Positions 48,949-61,418 of a DNA stretch of 64,000 nt are shown in pieces (the first letter of the stretch is position 1; the number at the start of each line of letters is the position of its first letter). The notes below the pieces were generated by a model, which saw only the letters and a list, made by a program, of their open reading frames with translations, did not search any database and was not told the DNA's origin. This stretch comes from a virus (Duplodnaviria; Caudoviricetes): IMG/VR virus record IMGVR_UViG_3300012979_000004, positions 35,928 through 99,927 of that record; one strand, 5' to 3'. A program made the position numbers and the translations under genes.

Positions 48949-48949
48949 A

Positions 48950-49603
48950 TTATTCAATTATTTCTACTACTCTTACATCAGATGTATTTACTAAATCATT
49001 AGTGTTTACTATCTCGTATTTATGTTTCCATACCTTCTTAAAGTCTAATGTGAGTAGTCTTTTTATAAAACTCTTTTTATTCTTATACTGTTGCTACTTA
49101 TATGTATAGACATACTAAGTATTCTGTAGTTCTATACCTACATTTACTGTATCTCTACCTATAGTATAGTGTACTTTAGTAAGAGGGTTGTATATAATAC
49201 TATCTGAGTAAGTAGTATCTTTTAATACTTCTACTAAGTCTACCTATACCCCCTTACCCCCATTAACGCTTACAGTTTGCGTTTGAGTTGCGGCAGCTTT
49301 TAACTTTGCCTATTTTATCTTGTTGTCAGCTATTACACTGTCCAACTATTGAAGTAATCTGTCGTTAGAAGCTTGCATGTCTTCTATGGTTAACCTAAGA
49401 GTATTGTTTTGGTATTTATTTTCAGCCAACATGCCTTCATACGCCTCTATATTATTAGAGGCCGTTTCAAGCCTCTCTGAGAGCTTTTTATTCTACTTGT
49501 GTAGATTTATACTCCACATAAGTAAAAGTGCCACAGAGAGCCCGAAAACGGCCTTTAATACGGTTTTAGGATTCTTCAATAACTACAGTATTGTTGTTAT
49601 CAT
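48950..49603 (-). CDS. Putative Rz-like spanin, 217 aa (TAG read as Gln)
   Basis: N-terminal TM (AVFGLSVALLLMWSI), coiled coil (NNIEAYE), C-terminal KSFIKRLLTLDFKK..YEIVNTN; directly downstream of holin; absent from the ORF track because of multiple TAGs. Confidence 0.68.
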
Positions 49604-50093
49604 GTTCCTATTTGTTTAAATCTATTTCTATACCAACATAATCTTCACCTTTCTTCTTTAAGAATTTACCTAAAGATTTCCACGGTCCGTCTGGATTTAA
49701 AGTGTTTAAATTCTCAAGTATAGACCATAGTTCGGTGAGTGTTATTATAGCGGCTGTTCCGCTACTAAGTATACATACGTCTCCTCCAAATGTAACATAT
49801 TCTATTAAGTGCGCCAAAAGAATGAGTACAAACTCGTCTCTTATTTTTAGTAAAGTGCCGTTCCAACTCTTTGCACTAGTTATCTTCTTATGTTGTTTCT
49901 TGGCTACTTTTATGCCGTATACCATATCTATTATAGAACAACAAAAACACGCTGTCAACAATCCTGTTATAGGTGAGAAAAAAGAAGATGCCAATGCGGT
50001 AGTTGCTATTGCGAATTTACCCATAGTAGTGTTGGCACTAAGGCCGTTAAACATGTTTACGATAGATTGTATGATACAAGGTATCTTAATCAT
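49566..50093 (-). CDS. Holin (phage holin 4-like), 175 aa with TAG read-through
   Basis: Several TM segments; IDMVYGIKVA, ITS, TELWSILENL; TAG at codon 162, TAA at 49566. Confidence 0.82.
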
Positions 50094-50434
50094 TTTTCTT
50101 TATTATATTCATTTATTATCTCATCTGCAAGCTCTTTGGCTTTCTTTCTCCATGCTTGCATATTGAGGTACTCTTTAGTATACTCTTCAGTCTTATCTCC
50201 AGCTGAACCATCACGAACAAGGTCGTAGTTGTTGCGTATAGCATCCATTTTATCCGATGGATAGTTTGCTGTTATTAGTGTGTCTATTAAAACGTTTTTA
50301 TTGACGATCTTTGTTTTTAACTCACTATAAAACACAATCCCGTTTTTTTCACGAATGTTGATTCTTAACACAACAGTGTTGTCGACTATAGTATACGGAA
50401 CAAAATCACGTTCTTTTGTGTATAAATTTATCAT
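50090..50434 (-). CDS. Small tail-fibre-associated protein (possible assembly chaperone)
   Basis: LITANYPSDKMDAIRNNY...EYLNMQAWRKKAKELA; follows the fibre gene; no TAG. Confidence 0.65.
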   Translation of the reverse strand: MINLYTKERDFVPYTIVDNTVVLRINIREKNGIVFYSELKTKIVNKNVLIDTLITANYPSDKMDAIRNNYDLVRDGSAGDKTEEYTKEYLNMQAWRKKAKELADEIINEYNKEK

Positions 50435-53334
50435 ATCTAATATAGAATAAAACTATTACAATATGCTAACAATTGATCTTCGGAGTATGCTCCATTTCTA
50501 TCCATTCCGAATACATACAGATCAACCGGATTTGTTTGTTGTTGCGATGTTGGAACAGTGACAGTGCACGATCTTACATTACTTGAACCAAGGTCTATTT
50601 TAAAATCCGAACTAGTAACAGCAGACCCAACCAACTGTATATCCAATAGGTTGTCGTATACCATCTATAATTCTCCAAGAGATGCGACGTACCAGTCTAA
50701 TTCAACACCGCCTATATTAAACTCTACATTATCCTTCATGTAAACAGATAAAGGTGATGTGTATTGCAACCTAGGAGAGTTTGTAAGTAGATCTACTAAT
50801 CGCTTAGTTTCATTATAACCGTCAAAATCCATGAGTGCACTTTCTGTTGTATCATATGTTTGTACGCCTGGTATGTCTGTAAGTGTTGCAGCAGGACCTT
50901 CACTCCTGTCGAGCAACACTCCTGTTACCTAACGGTTAATTTTTGTAATGTTTGGATTTATCACAAACTAGGCATTTTCACTAACAACCAATGCCCCCTT
51001 TGGTGTTTTATTTTCTAATGGTTTATACCCAGAGTTTTTATATTCATCCACACTCTGTAAAGATGAATCTTCATATATAATGTAAACGCCGTTGTCCATT
51101 TTTTTATACTCCACATTGACTGTAGTAAGATTACCTTCTGGTACAACAGTTTTATTGTAACTCAATATATATCCTTTGATACTAGGTGCAGATATAGTAT
51201 ATTCTTCAGAACCATCTCCTAATACTTCAATGCTCTAGCCATCGGTAAGGTCTGTTGTATTTCCATCCTTGTCTGTTACAGTTATCACCTGAGATTTAAT
51301 AGTAGCTAACTTATCAGCGTCTTCTTCGTTAGAACTAATGGTAACTTTAAGCTTAGGTTTACCTATACCTACTCTAGCTTTAAATTCATCAATATCTATG
51401 TGAATCATAGGTAAGATGCTCATAGAATACCATCCTGTTGCGTTTTCTCTTGCAGTATACCACCTAAATTCTCCAGGTGTTGTTTCATTGCCACCAGCAC
51501 TAGCCCATATCGACAAATTGTTATATACATTGCTGGTAGCAACCGAGTCTGGTGAATCATACGTCTATCCGAGTGCAAATGTTATATTTGTATCCAAACC
51601 TATACTACGTATCTTGTCTATAAAATAATTATAACTATCTCGATACAAATAAGCTTCGCCAACAGTTTGTATATAACCTTTTGCAGGAATCCCCATAAAC
51701 GTAGTATCTAGATATGCCAATACATTGAATAAAGGACCTCTCCACGGACCCTACATTCCCAGCTGCTCTTGTGTGTACATTGCTATTTGTTCAAATGCTG
51801 AGATTAAATCCTATGTATTTCTAAATCCATTATAGTCGTTTATTGCAAGACTGGCTAGCGGGTATGAGTATTTTACATAATTCAAAATATTCACATTTCT
51901 TTGTAACCAATTCTGTATATCCTATGTATAATACGGTTCGCTGTATACCTGCCATTTCATGTTATCGTTTTCAGTTGATATATAAGGAGCATTCAGCTCA
52001 ACACATATACACCTTTCTCCATATATATCACCCAAACCATCTTCGTAGACAACTATATACTTTGGAACAAGTGTTGTACGACCTCTTTCCACAGCATCTT
52101 CTAATTTGTCAAACTTAGAACCGTCTTCATTAGCTAAATATATAGCAGGTTTTTTTAATACATATACAACATCGACATTATTGACAACACCGGTTGGTAC
52201 AATTGTAATATCATCCACATAGTTGTATTTGTTAACGTCTCCAAATGAAGCCACGTACGTTTCTTTACCATCGGCTTTTACATTTCCTCCGCCGTACGTG
52301 TATATAATGCGGTCTTCACCAACTGTTTTTGTAAGTTGTAAGTTGTCCTCAAGAACACTTCCGTCAGAATCAAGTTTCTTAAGAGTTACCTTAGGACCAT
52401 TACCACCATTGGCACCGCTTATATCTGAAAACGTACCGTCAGTAGTAACAGTAAACTGTATATACGGGTGTTTACAAGCTATATCTACAGATGGCGTAGC
52501 TATAGTAGATTGGTCTGTAAATGCGTAAACGTCACAACTGATAGAATAGTAAGAATCTACTTCTGTTTCTGTAACAGGAGCTACCGCTACTATAGTCTTA
52601 GAATCACGTTTTGAAACAATAAAATTATCACTTCTAGGAATAAAGCATATACCTTTTTTCTAAGCCGCTTCTTCCAAAGTGTGTACAATCGGTTTAGTAT
52701 GTCCAGCTGGAACAAAGTTTACAGTAGGATAAAAAGTCTAAGACGGACCTACCACATCGGGAGCGGTTATTGTAACATCTGTTACTTGCTGTGCGTTTAC
52801 CGTAATATCAAATGTACGAATGGATGAGTTTACACCATCCCAGTCTTCCCAAACAGGGCACGTCTGTATGGTAACAACATCGCTCCATGTTGCATTTTCT
52901 CTAGCTGGTTCTACTACAATATAACCGAGCTTAGTGTCAATACTTGTTCTATTTTGATATTCTTCAGTCTGAACAGTATGGTTGACAATTCTGAATTTAA
53001 GCGCGTCCAAAGCTATATTGTTGACGTTTATCTTAACTCGATCACCCTCGTTTACTTTGTTTGAGCTGGGTGTAACGTTGTATTCTATAGCCGATACATT
53101 AACGTCTACAAGATGTAAAAGGGGTTGGCCAGAACTGTCTTTTGCTAATTCTACCAAATACTTCTCATACGAAGTAACGTCTCGTGTTGGGCGAATCCAA
53201 CCCCTAATGTCTTTATTTATACGTTCTGTTTTAATAAGGTCTATCAGCCAACCAAATTCATCAGACGTAAGGGTTACAGGGTTATTCTAAGAACCCTGCT
53301 CCCATTTATATGTTTTAAGTCTATTAAGTGTCAT
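50431..53334 (-). CDS. Putative tail fibre / receptor-binding protein, 967 aa (TAG read as Gln)
   Basis: Six fragments in one frame, ATG 53334 to TGA 50431; beta-rich Ig-like N-terminal half; two related C-terminal modules (DYNGFRNT.. and DFDGYNET..WYVASLGEL). Confidence 0.72.
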
Positions 53335-53344
53335 ACGTCAATTG

Positions 53345-56300
53345 TTATAGATTTTCAAGAATGCTGATTACCTTTTTGGCAACTGTATCTGATGTGTTCT
53401 TACATGTTACACTTTCAAGATTGTCTGTACCGTCAAAACTTACAGTAGTGAGTTTTGGTTTATCGACAATACTGATCTCTGATATTTGAGCTGGGTAGTT
53501 AACCTCAGTAAGAGCTGCTGAGTTAGGCAGAGTCACAGATGGTATGCTAGTATCTCTAATATTAATCTTTTCAAGTCTAACGCATTTGCTAAGATCCACA
53601 TTATTTTTAACAGTATTCACACCCCTTACTATAAACTCTTTTATGTTTATAGCATCACCTATTGTAATATTTTGTGTAATAAATAGATTTTTGTCTGCAT
53701 TCTGTGGGTTGATTGTTATCCTTTGCAATTTTTTACCATTAAACATAAAGCTGGTCTGGTCTGCAGACAAAGGTATATTCATGTCACCGAGTTCAAGATA
53801 ATAATTTATACCCTTGATTGCTACAGCGGAGTCACTCGCGAGCTAAAAGCTCTTGTAGTTAAACAGCTAACCAGCTTCAACTCTAGTCCTTCTAGAAGTT
53901 TCTGATGAGTCCAGATTTGATTCACCTTGGCTTATTCTTGGATACAACCATTTTGCAGGACGTAACTAAAAACTGTATGTATTAGAATTACCCTGTGTTG
54001 CTCCAGCTCCTCGGAATCCAAGTGCACCAGAAGCATCACTCGTTCCTGTGAATTCACCGAACTCACACCAAGAACTGATGTACATGATTCTATCTTTCAA
54101 CCATTGATATTCACTCCACCGTTGGCTACCGTTACTCTGAGTTATGGCTTTAGCGTTGTTGTTTTTGTAAGTTCCGTCATTCTGCGCAACAGCTGCGTTT
54201 TCATAAACAGTTCGAGCCGTTTCATTGAACGCTGTTGCTGGGAAATAATCCTGAGCAAATAATACATAATCAACCATAAACTACATTGCACTACCACTTT
54301 TTGCAGCAGCTGCAGACAGCATGTTCTTCATTAAGTCTGTCATTTCTGAACTAAATGCATCTTCAAGAAGATTATAGAAGCCGTTGCTTTCACCCTGCCA
54401 ATAAAACGAACCTGTTGCATTTTTATCATGTTCTTCCACATAATAAGGTTTTCTATTCTAACCGACGTTGTTCGTTTTTATAGTTGTATCAAGGTCGTCT
54501 TGTTCAAACCTAATCTTAAGGGTTTTTGGGTCTGTGTAATAATATGTATTTTTGGCTCTGTTATCCGTAGCGGCGAAGAATTTAACGAAACATGAGTGAT
54601 ACAAAGCATCGTCTATGTGTATGTAGTCTGCTGCTTTTGCTCTAAAATGTTGGGTATATTCATACTTAATATCGCTAGCTATCTTAGACCACTGTCCTAC
54701 TGCCCATGAAGATGGACTCTTTTGTAAATCCTAACAGTATTGTTCGTACACAGATCTTACATTTAATTCTGCACCGTCAATACCAGCTCCGATCCATTCT
54801 GCGGTATTGGCGTTGTACTTATACATGTTGTACCTGTTGTTAGAATCTGTAAGCCAGTATACAAGCTCTTTAGATGGTTTAGCACTACCTGTAACACCTT
54901 GCTGCGGCCTTGCCACATCTTGTTTTAATTGCTCCAACGTGCCATCGTAATACCTGATCACGGATGTATTGTGTAGATATACAAAGTTCCAGAAGTTCTT
55001 AATTGCAGCAAATCCATCGTTTTGTTCAGGATATTCTGTACCATCTATTTCTTCTGTTCGGCCAAAACCAAAGTCAATGCTTGCTCTGTTGCCATACATC
55101 CAAGACTCTTCATCTGGATCGTAAGTAACGCTGCTGTCCCATGGTGTTGAAAACAATGCCAAAGGTACGTCGTTGTCTGCACCTTCAACCATCATCATGT
55201 TTGGAGTCGTTTTCTTATTAAACCCAAATGTAGGTTTATCACCTTTACCTGCTCCAAAAGTCATGAGGTACTTAAATGTCCACGGTTGTTCTTCAGTTTC
55301 TCTATGGAAGAATAAGAATGGTTTTTGATAAACAGATATACGTGCATTGCTTTGATCCTGAATCTGACCAGGAGTAGACATGTTGCCTCTGTTTATCATA
55401 GCTTTAAACAAGTCTGTATATGCCCACGTAAGTCCTAATTTATGACCTTGCTGACTACTAGCAAAGTTTATTTTACCAACTAGTTTCTTAGCAAACGCCT
55501 CGCCATCAGCGATAGCGTACCCATCAGCACCAAATGCATACTTATCCCCGTCGCTAAAACTAGGAGCCTCATCTGGAGTCCATGTTGTATCATCAGTAAT
55601 CTTATATTGCTGGTTCCAGTGATAGTATGTCATCGCTGTTGTACCTTGTCCTTTACCTTCAAGATGAGTTAACGTTCCACTTCTTTTTGGATCTCCTGCA
55701 ATACCTACATAGATTTTAATACCGTCTGTTTCACCCTTATTCTCGTCTCCGTATGTAGGAAGATGTCCAGTGTGACCTATTACATTATACCCAGCTTGCT
55801 GAGCTTTTACAAATGAAATCATGTCGTCGTCACCAAGAATATCATTTTTACGATGCCATTGGCTTTTTTCCTTAGACGTCGTAAGGCCAGATACATAATC
55901 CTGCATTACTTCATTAGTAGACAATGCTTTTTGATAACAACGTATTCCAAATATATCCACATCTGAACCAACTGCACCTATTACAATATTTGTGTCACCT
56001 TCTAAGAAACTATCGTTAGCATTGTAGAAAAACTCTCTTTCGATTTTATCGTTTATAAACATTCGAACGTAGTTGTAGTTTACAAGTCGATTTGGATCGT
56101 TGTCTGGGTTCAGGCCATATAAAATATTTAACGTAAATCTAGTGCGCTCTCCTTCTGCCCAACTTACATTCTGGTCATCTCTTACACGAGTTCCTTTTGT
56201 CAATAACGCTGCTTCAAGTGGTCTCATTTCGAAACCGTATACATCTCCATCGGTATGAGTACTACCTATTTTAACAATAGGTTCGTTTTCGTCAAGAATG

Positions 56301-57733
56301 TTATATGCCCTGAAGTCAATCTCAAGTGTCATGTTTTTACCAACAAGACCTGTATCAGATCCGTTTGCGTTTATAAACTTATACAACGGATTGTAGTTAA
56401 TTGTGAGCTTTCTATTGGCAGGGATGTGCAATGCCCTTACTTTTTCTGCATTTGCTGATACGTTGTCTACATCTTTATTTACAGACATGTATCCATCACT
56501 CTACATATCGAAGTTAACCCATTCAGATTCTACAATAGACGCGTTTGCTGCATTTATAATCGTCTTCGGATTGTCCTCATCGTTACTCCTGTTTGAAGGA
56601 GATAATATAAACTCAGCTCCCTTTACAGGTGCATATTTAGCTTCATTGTTGATTGTAATAAACACCTTATCTGAAATCTGGTTGCCGTTAATATCTTCCG
56701 CATACATATACGCATACTTGACATCTTCTTCTATTTCAATAGATAAATCTGTAGAGAATGTATATCTGATGTTGTTTTTTGTAGTAAACTCCCAGCTGTT
56801 CAACAGTTCTTCAGAAGTGCTGTCGGTAAGCTTAAAGATGATCGGAAGAGTCTCTTCGGTTGTATACACAGAGTAGTTAAAAAACGTAACATCTGTGTAA
56901 TTATCAAGAACACTGTTTACATTGTTGATTATGACCATGTTATGATCTCCAGCAATCATGTACTAAGACTCTAATACATCGGTCTTAACGGTGCTATCAC
57001 CATCTGCTTGTAAATAGGCACGTATGGTATGTGTTCCTTCTGCCATAACAGATTCCGGTGCAGCCTCGAACGTGAAGTTTCGACCTGTCGTCAGGTTTAC
57101 ATCCTCACCCAAAGCTATCTGTGTTCCATATTCTGTCATGAAACTAGTTCCTAAACCTGTTCCTATTTCAACGTACAATGTTTTTGATACAGCTCCTCCT
57201 ATGAGATAATTAACCGTAAGCTGATCGCCCATCATCGGTATTTCAAATGGCGTGTTTACATACAGTTGAAGATTTACTACACGTATTGTATACGACTTCC
57301 AGAAACTTGAAGCGTATTCGCCAACTGCTCTTATCCTGACATAGTTGTCTCCATTCTCTAAATATGGTGAGAAATCTATGTCCGTGAAATCAGATTTGTT
57401 AGACTGTATGACTACGCTTTGTTTTGGTACATAATTTCCAGTAGCCGATGTTTTGGTTTGTATTTCAATAACAAGAGCTTCTTGTACATCTTCTTCTACG
57501 TTTCCCGGGTGTATTACAATACTTCGACCTTTTACCTTTAGTGTAAAATTACGGTCTTTAAGAAGTTCTGGAACTGTATCTACAGTCAGTGTGACGTTAA
57601 ACGCATCTGTTGTGCCGATTGCGTCTCCGAATTCACGAAGCTTATCTTTTAACGCTGTTTCAACAGCGTTTTTGGTATGCCCTTCCCAAGATTCGTTTAT
57701 GACGTCTACTATAACGTCGTTTGTGTTCGTCAT
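53345..57733 (-). CDS. Large tail-associated protein with a CotH-kinase-like domain and C-terminal LRR-like repeats, 1462 aa (TAG read as Gln)
   Basis: Five fragments in one frame; GQGTTAMTY, KINFASS, ATDNRAKNTY, DDLDT; LSKCVRLEKINIRDTSIPSVTLP repeats; ends TAA. Confidence 0.78.
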
Positions 57734-57753
57734 ATTATTTATGTATTAGATTA

Positions 57754-57897
57754 TTACCACAGTTCTTTCTTTTTCCACACATCGCGTTTCTTCCAGTATT
57801 TAGAAACCGCGATCCAAACTAAATCAGATCCTCTGTACACAGCTTGTATTCTCTTTTCACCAAGCCTTACAGATGACCAATTTTTATTACCTGTCAT
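57754..57897 (-). CDS. Small Trp-rich protein (47 aa)
   Basis: MTGNKNWSSVRLGEKRIQAVYRGSDLVWIAVSKYWKKRDVWKKKELW-TAA; fills the gap before the CotH-like gene. Confidence 0.6.
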   Translation of the reverse strand: MTGNKNWSSVRLGEKRIQAVYRGSDLVWIAVSKYWKKRDVWKKKELW

Positions 57898-57909
57898 AAT
57901 AATGTATTT

Positions 57910-58428
57910 TTATTCTGTTTCTGTATCTTCAGTTTCTTCTACAAAATATAGCGTATTTTCGTCAATCTATCCTGTAGAAACTAACTCTTCGTATTCTAAT
58001 TCTGTCACACTTCTCAACGAGTACCCGTTTAGTTGACTTTGGATCGCAACAACAGCTTCTGCTACAGACAACGCATTTTGTTGATTTGGAGACAGCATTG
58101 ATATAGCTTTTCTCATGATAGACATTTCCTCTCCGACTCTATCATCTATCTTTTCGGAAAGAGCGTCGTTGGTTTCATCTATTTTGCTGTCTAATGATTC
58201 TTTAATCTCTGTTTCAGCCTGTGTTGCTCTAACGATCTCTGCGTTTAATATGCGCTACATTTCATTCAGCGACACTGTGCAATGTTTATGTGCGGCAGGA
58301 TGAAAAGGATCCCAGTTGTACAGCCTGTATCCCGGATTTGCGCAACCGTGTATAGTTACGCCACTACAGCGTATGTCCTCCATGTCTGGTATACAACAGT
58401 TTTTTATTTCTTCATTTTGATTATTCAT
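57910..58428 (-). CDS. Fibre-associated coiled-coil protein, 172 aa (TAG read as Gln)
   Basis: Cys/His-rich N-terminus, EIVRATQAE coiled coil, C-terminal TELEYEEL...DENTLYFV motif; two TAGs. Confidence 0.68.
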
Positions 58429-58440
58429 ACGCGTATAAAT

Positions 58441-58480
58441 AAAAAATGCACCACAGCGGCAATTTGCCGCCGCAGTGCAC
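58441..58480 (-). terminator. Intrinsic terminator after the capsid/ring gene block
   Basis: Minus strand: TGCACTGCGGCGGCA-AAT-TGCCGCTGTGGTGCA-TTTTTT. Confidence 0.85.
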
Positions 58481-58490
58481 TAGATTAAAA

Positions 58491-59516
58491 TTAACCCTCA
58501 GTTGTAGCAGTATTAGCACCACTAACGAAGTTCTGGAGAGCTGTTAAAATATTAGTAGCCTTACCAGTCTCTTCGTAGATCTCAACAGTCTGCTTTGTCT
58601 TACGGAAGATGTCATCAGCAGCTCTGTACATATTCTCGAATTCGAGAGTAATAGCATCGTAATGCTTAGAGAGATCTGTGTTCATAGCAGGCTTAACGAT
58701 TGGCCAAGTACCCTCACCGCGGTTGAGAATTCCTTCATAACCCATAGCCTGTGCCTCACGGTCACGAACAAGCTTAGCTGAAGCCTGATACATGTCACCA
58801 GGAGTCTTTTCGATAGATACACCGCTAAGACCGTACTTGTTCTTAGAAGAGAAGCCTTCTCCGTTTGGATTAGTAAAGTATACGTTAGCGTTAAAACGAA
58901 CCTGTCCAGCCTGATTGATACTGTCTACAGAATTGTCATCATCGTATGCCTTAGCTGTAAGTGTAAGAACACCTGCAGAAGCTGCAGCATTAACGCGAGA
59001 ACGCTTGTTGTTCTTAGCGATAGCCTTCTTGAAACCTTCTGCGATTTCAGTAGCTGTGTCGCCAGGAGCTGTTACATACTCATATGAATCTGTCCACTTG
59101 CGGTAACGAGTTGGAAGATCTTTGTAAGTAAGGCGAAGGATTACGCAGTAACCGCCTTTGCTGATCTCTTCCATAGAAGCGCTTGTAAAGTCAACAGTTA
59201 CTGTCTCCAGTTTGTCTGCTGCATATTCAGAAAAAGCGAGAGACTTAACATCGCTCTTCTTAATGTTGTTAGACCACTTAACTACAGGAATTGTAGTCAT
59301 TTCACCAGAAGGATCTACGTAAGAAGTAGTGTTTGCGGTAACAAGACCGATCTTTACTTCATTAGCTGCAGCCATGTCGCTAGCTGCGAGATAACCCTTC
59401 TCAATAGCTGGATCAAGATTCATGATGATGTACTGACCAGCTGTAGCGCCCTTAATGTCGCTTGCGATTGAACCGACACCCTTACCTACGAGTACGGTAT
59501 TTACATATGTAATCAT
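58491..59516 (-). CDS. Abundant structural protein, probably the auxiliary capsid protein (341 aa)
   Basis: TAG-free; followed by a terminator; position after the MCP and ring genes matches the crAss auxiliary capsid gene. Confidence 0.7.
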   Translation of the reverse strand: MITYVNTVLVGKGVGSIASDIKGATAGQYIIMNLDPAIEKGYLAASDMAAANEVKIGLVTANTTSYVDPSGEMTTIPVVKWSNNIKKSDVKSLAFSEYAADKLETVTVDFTSASMEEISKGGYCVILRLTYKDLPTRYRKWTDSYEYVTAPGDTATEIAEGFKKAIAKNNKRSRVNAAASAGVLTLTAKAYDDDNSVDSINQAGQVRFNANVYFTNPNGEGFSSKNKYGLSGVSIEKTPGDMYQASAKLVRDREAQAMGYEGILNRGEGTWPIVKPAMNTDLSKHYDAITLEFENMYRAADDIFRKTKQTVEIYEETGKATNILTALQNFVSGANTATTEG

Positions 59517-59592
59517 AATATTAAATAAATTTTTTCTACTCCCCCTATATTACTAAGACTCTACCTAAAGAGCTGGGGTTTCCACGTTAAAA

Positions 59593-60282
59593 TTATTCTT
59601 GTGTTGCGACTTCGTTGATCAACGTTTTATAACGAGGGTCAGATTGATTTTCTGCGTACATTTGAGCCGCTATCTTAATGATTTCTAACCAAATATAGTC
59701 ATCGAAGTCGTTATATTCCGTATACGGACTTTTATTTGTTATTTCTTCAGGAGTCTTTAAATACCCAACGGTATATAAAGAGATCTTGTAATTCTTATCT
59801 GTTAACAGACGGAAGCCGTCCCTTGTTTTAACTCTAAGGGGTCTTGCTCTTTTAAACCTGTAATGAAAGTCTGTTAGTTTGTTCATCACACGATACATAA
59901 AACTATCTGCAGTACATTCGAAACAACATACGTCTAGAGCATTTTCGCCATCGTTGTCTGTTATTATGACGTTTTCGTTTAATACATATAACATATCAGA
60001 TGGGTACGCATAGTCATAGCTGTTGTACGATGGATGTGATTTATCTGGATATGGTGTTTCGATATCCTGTGTCTTAAACAGCCTTATGAGATCTTTTGTG
60101 CGTTTTTCTGTTTGTTCATAAGACGTGTAATGCGGAGCATTACCGTTAAATCTTTCTTTGGTAAACTTCATGACCGCTTGGTTGATCCAATATATAGAGT
60201 CGTCTGTAACAGGCTTTTCTAAAGCGTCGTCTATCTTATTTATTTCGATTTCAAACGCTGCAATCAAATCAATCGTCCTCAT
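59593..60282 (-). CDS. Tail ring protein (229 aa)
   Basis: WINQAVMKFTKERF...SYEQTEKRTKDL, YLKTP, EIIKIAAQ. Confidence 0.78.
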   Translation of the reverse strand: MRTIDLIAAFEIEINKIDDALEKPVTDDSIYWINQAVMKFTKERFNGNAPHYTSYEQTEKRTKDLIRLFKTQDIETPYPDKSHPSYNSYDYAYPSDMLYVLNENVIITDNDGENALDVCCFECTADSFMYRVMNKLTDFHYRFKRARPLRVKTRDGFRLLTDKNYKISLYTVGYLKTPEEITNKSPYTEYNDFDDYIWLEIIKIAAQMYAENQSDPRYKTLINEVATQE

Positions 60283-60284
60283 TG

Positions 60285-61418
60285 TTATTCACTGTTTCTA
60301 CCACGTCGTGCATTATTTCTCTCAGCTTCTTTTGCTGCTTCTGCTCTAGCTCTCTGTATTCGTTCCTTGTTAGCAACTGCACCAGCTACATACTGTACAT
60401 ACAAATCAACTGCTCCGCTAACTAATTCTTCAAATGCGTCTAATGGTAATTGACATGGTGTTGAAGTCATCAGACTAAATCTTGCCGGTTGTTTGTAATA
60501 AGTAATGCTTACTCCAGTAGGATCTGTATACTAGTCGTATATTACAGTCATTGTAGGATTACCATCAGCGTATTTATTCAACACTGCTGCTGGATACCTC
60601 AATATCCTAAGACTGTCGTGTGGTGTTTCTATTAAACGCCATACATCTGACTGAGAAACAAGCTTGTTTGGAATAACACGAATTGGTAATTGAGCATCTC
60701 TGTTTTCAGTATCGCTGACATCAGCTTTAAAAGAAAAAGATTTGCTTACCTGAGAAGCACTTCTTATATACATATAGAAGTTGTTTGGTAATGTATATGT
60801 AATACATCTACCCGTGTCGATGATCTCAAATCCATATTCAGGTTTGAAATCAAACTTACCATCCTCAACAATATCTTCGTTTATATAATATTGAGGTTCT
60901 TCTGGTACAATTGGAGTAAATGTAAACCAAACTGAATGTGCTGGAATTGCCACTGAAAACTCATCCATATCATATATGCTTTTTCCAAACAGCTTCTTAA
61001 ACTATTTTCTGTCAAGTTGCAATTGCTTGAGAACCTCATCTATCGAATAATCACCACCTCCTTCGAATTCTGGTCTACTCTCTACCTAAATTTCTACCAA
61101 ATTCTCAGTTGGAGGTTGTCCAGCACCAATTGCCACGTGTATCTTATCAACGCTGTACTTAGCCTTAATTCGTATACTCATGTCTGTCTTATCCATTAAA
61201 GATTGTAAAACAGATTCTACGTGTGCTGAAAGATGAGAGCCTGATTGTATTTGATCAAGGTTTCTATAGATCTCGTGAACGTACTAATCTTGATATTGAT
61301 TTAAGTACGAATATATCGTTTCCGTATCGAGTTTTTCTAAAAACTCTGTATCTGGAATCATGGTTTGAATTCGCCTTTCGAATTCAATACCGAGTCGCCT
61401 AGTGTCTTCTAATGTCAT
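60285..61418 (-). CDS. Tail ring protein paralog, 377 aa (TAG read as Gln)
   Basis: MTLEDTRRLGIEFERR...YLNQYQD; YYKQP; CQLPLDAFEELVSGAV; ends TAA. Confidence 0.75.

Noticed and set aside
53335-53344. Read-through or frameshift fusion of the CotH-like and fibre genes
   Set aside because: The first gene ends in TAA and the second has its own ATG 10 nt later in another frame; no slippery site seen.
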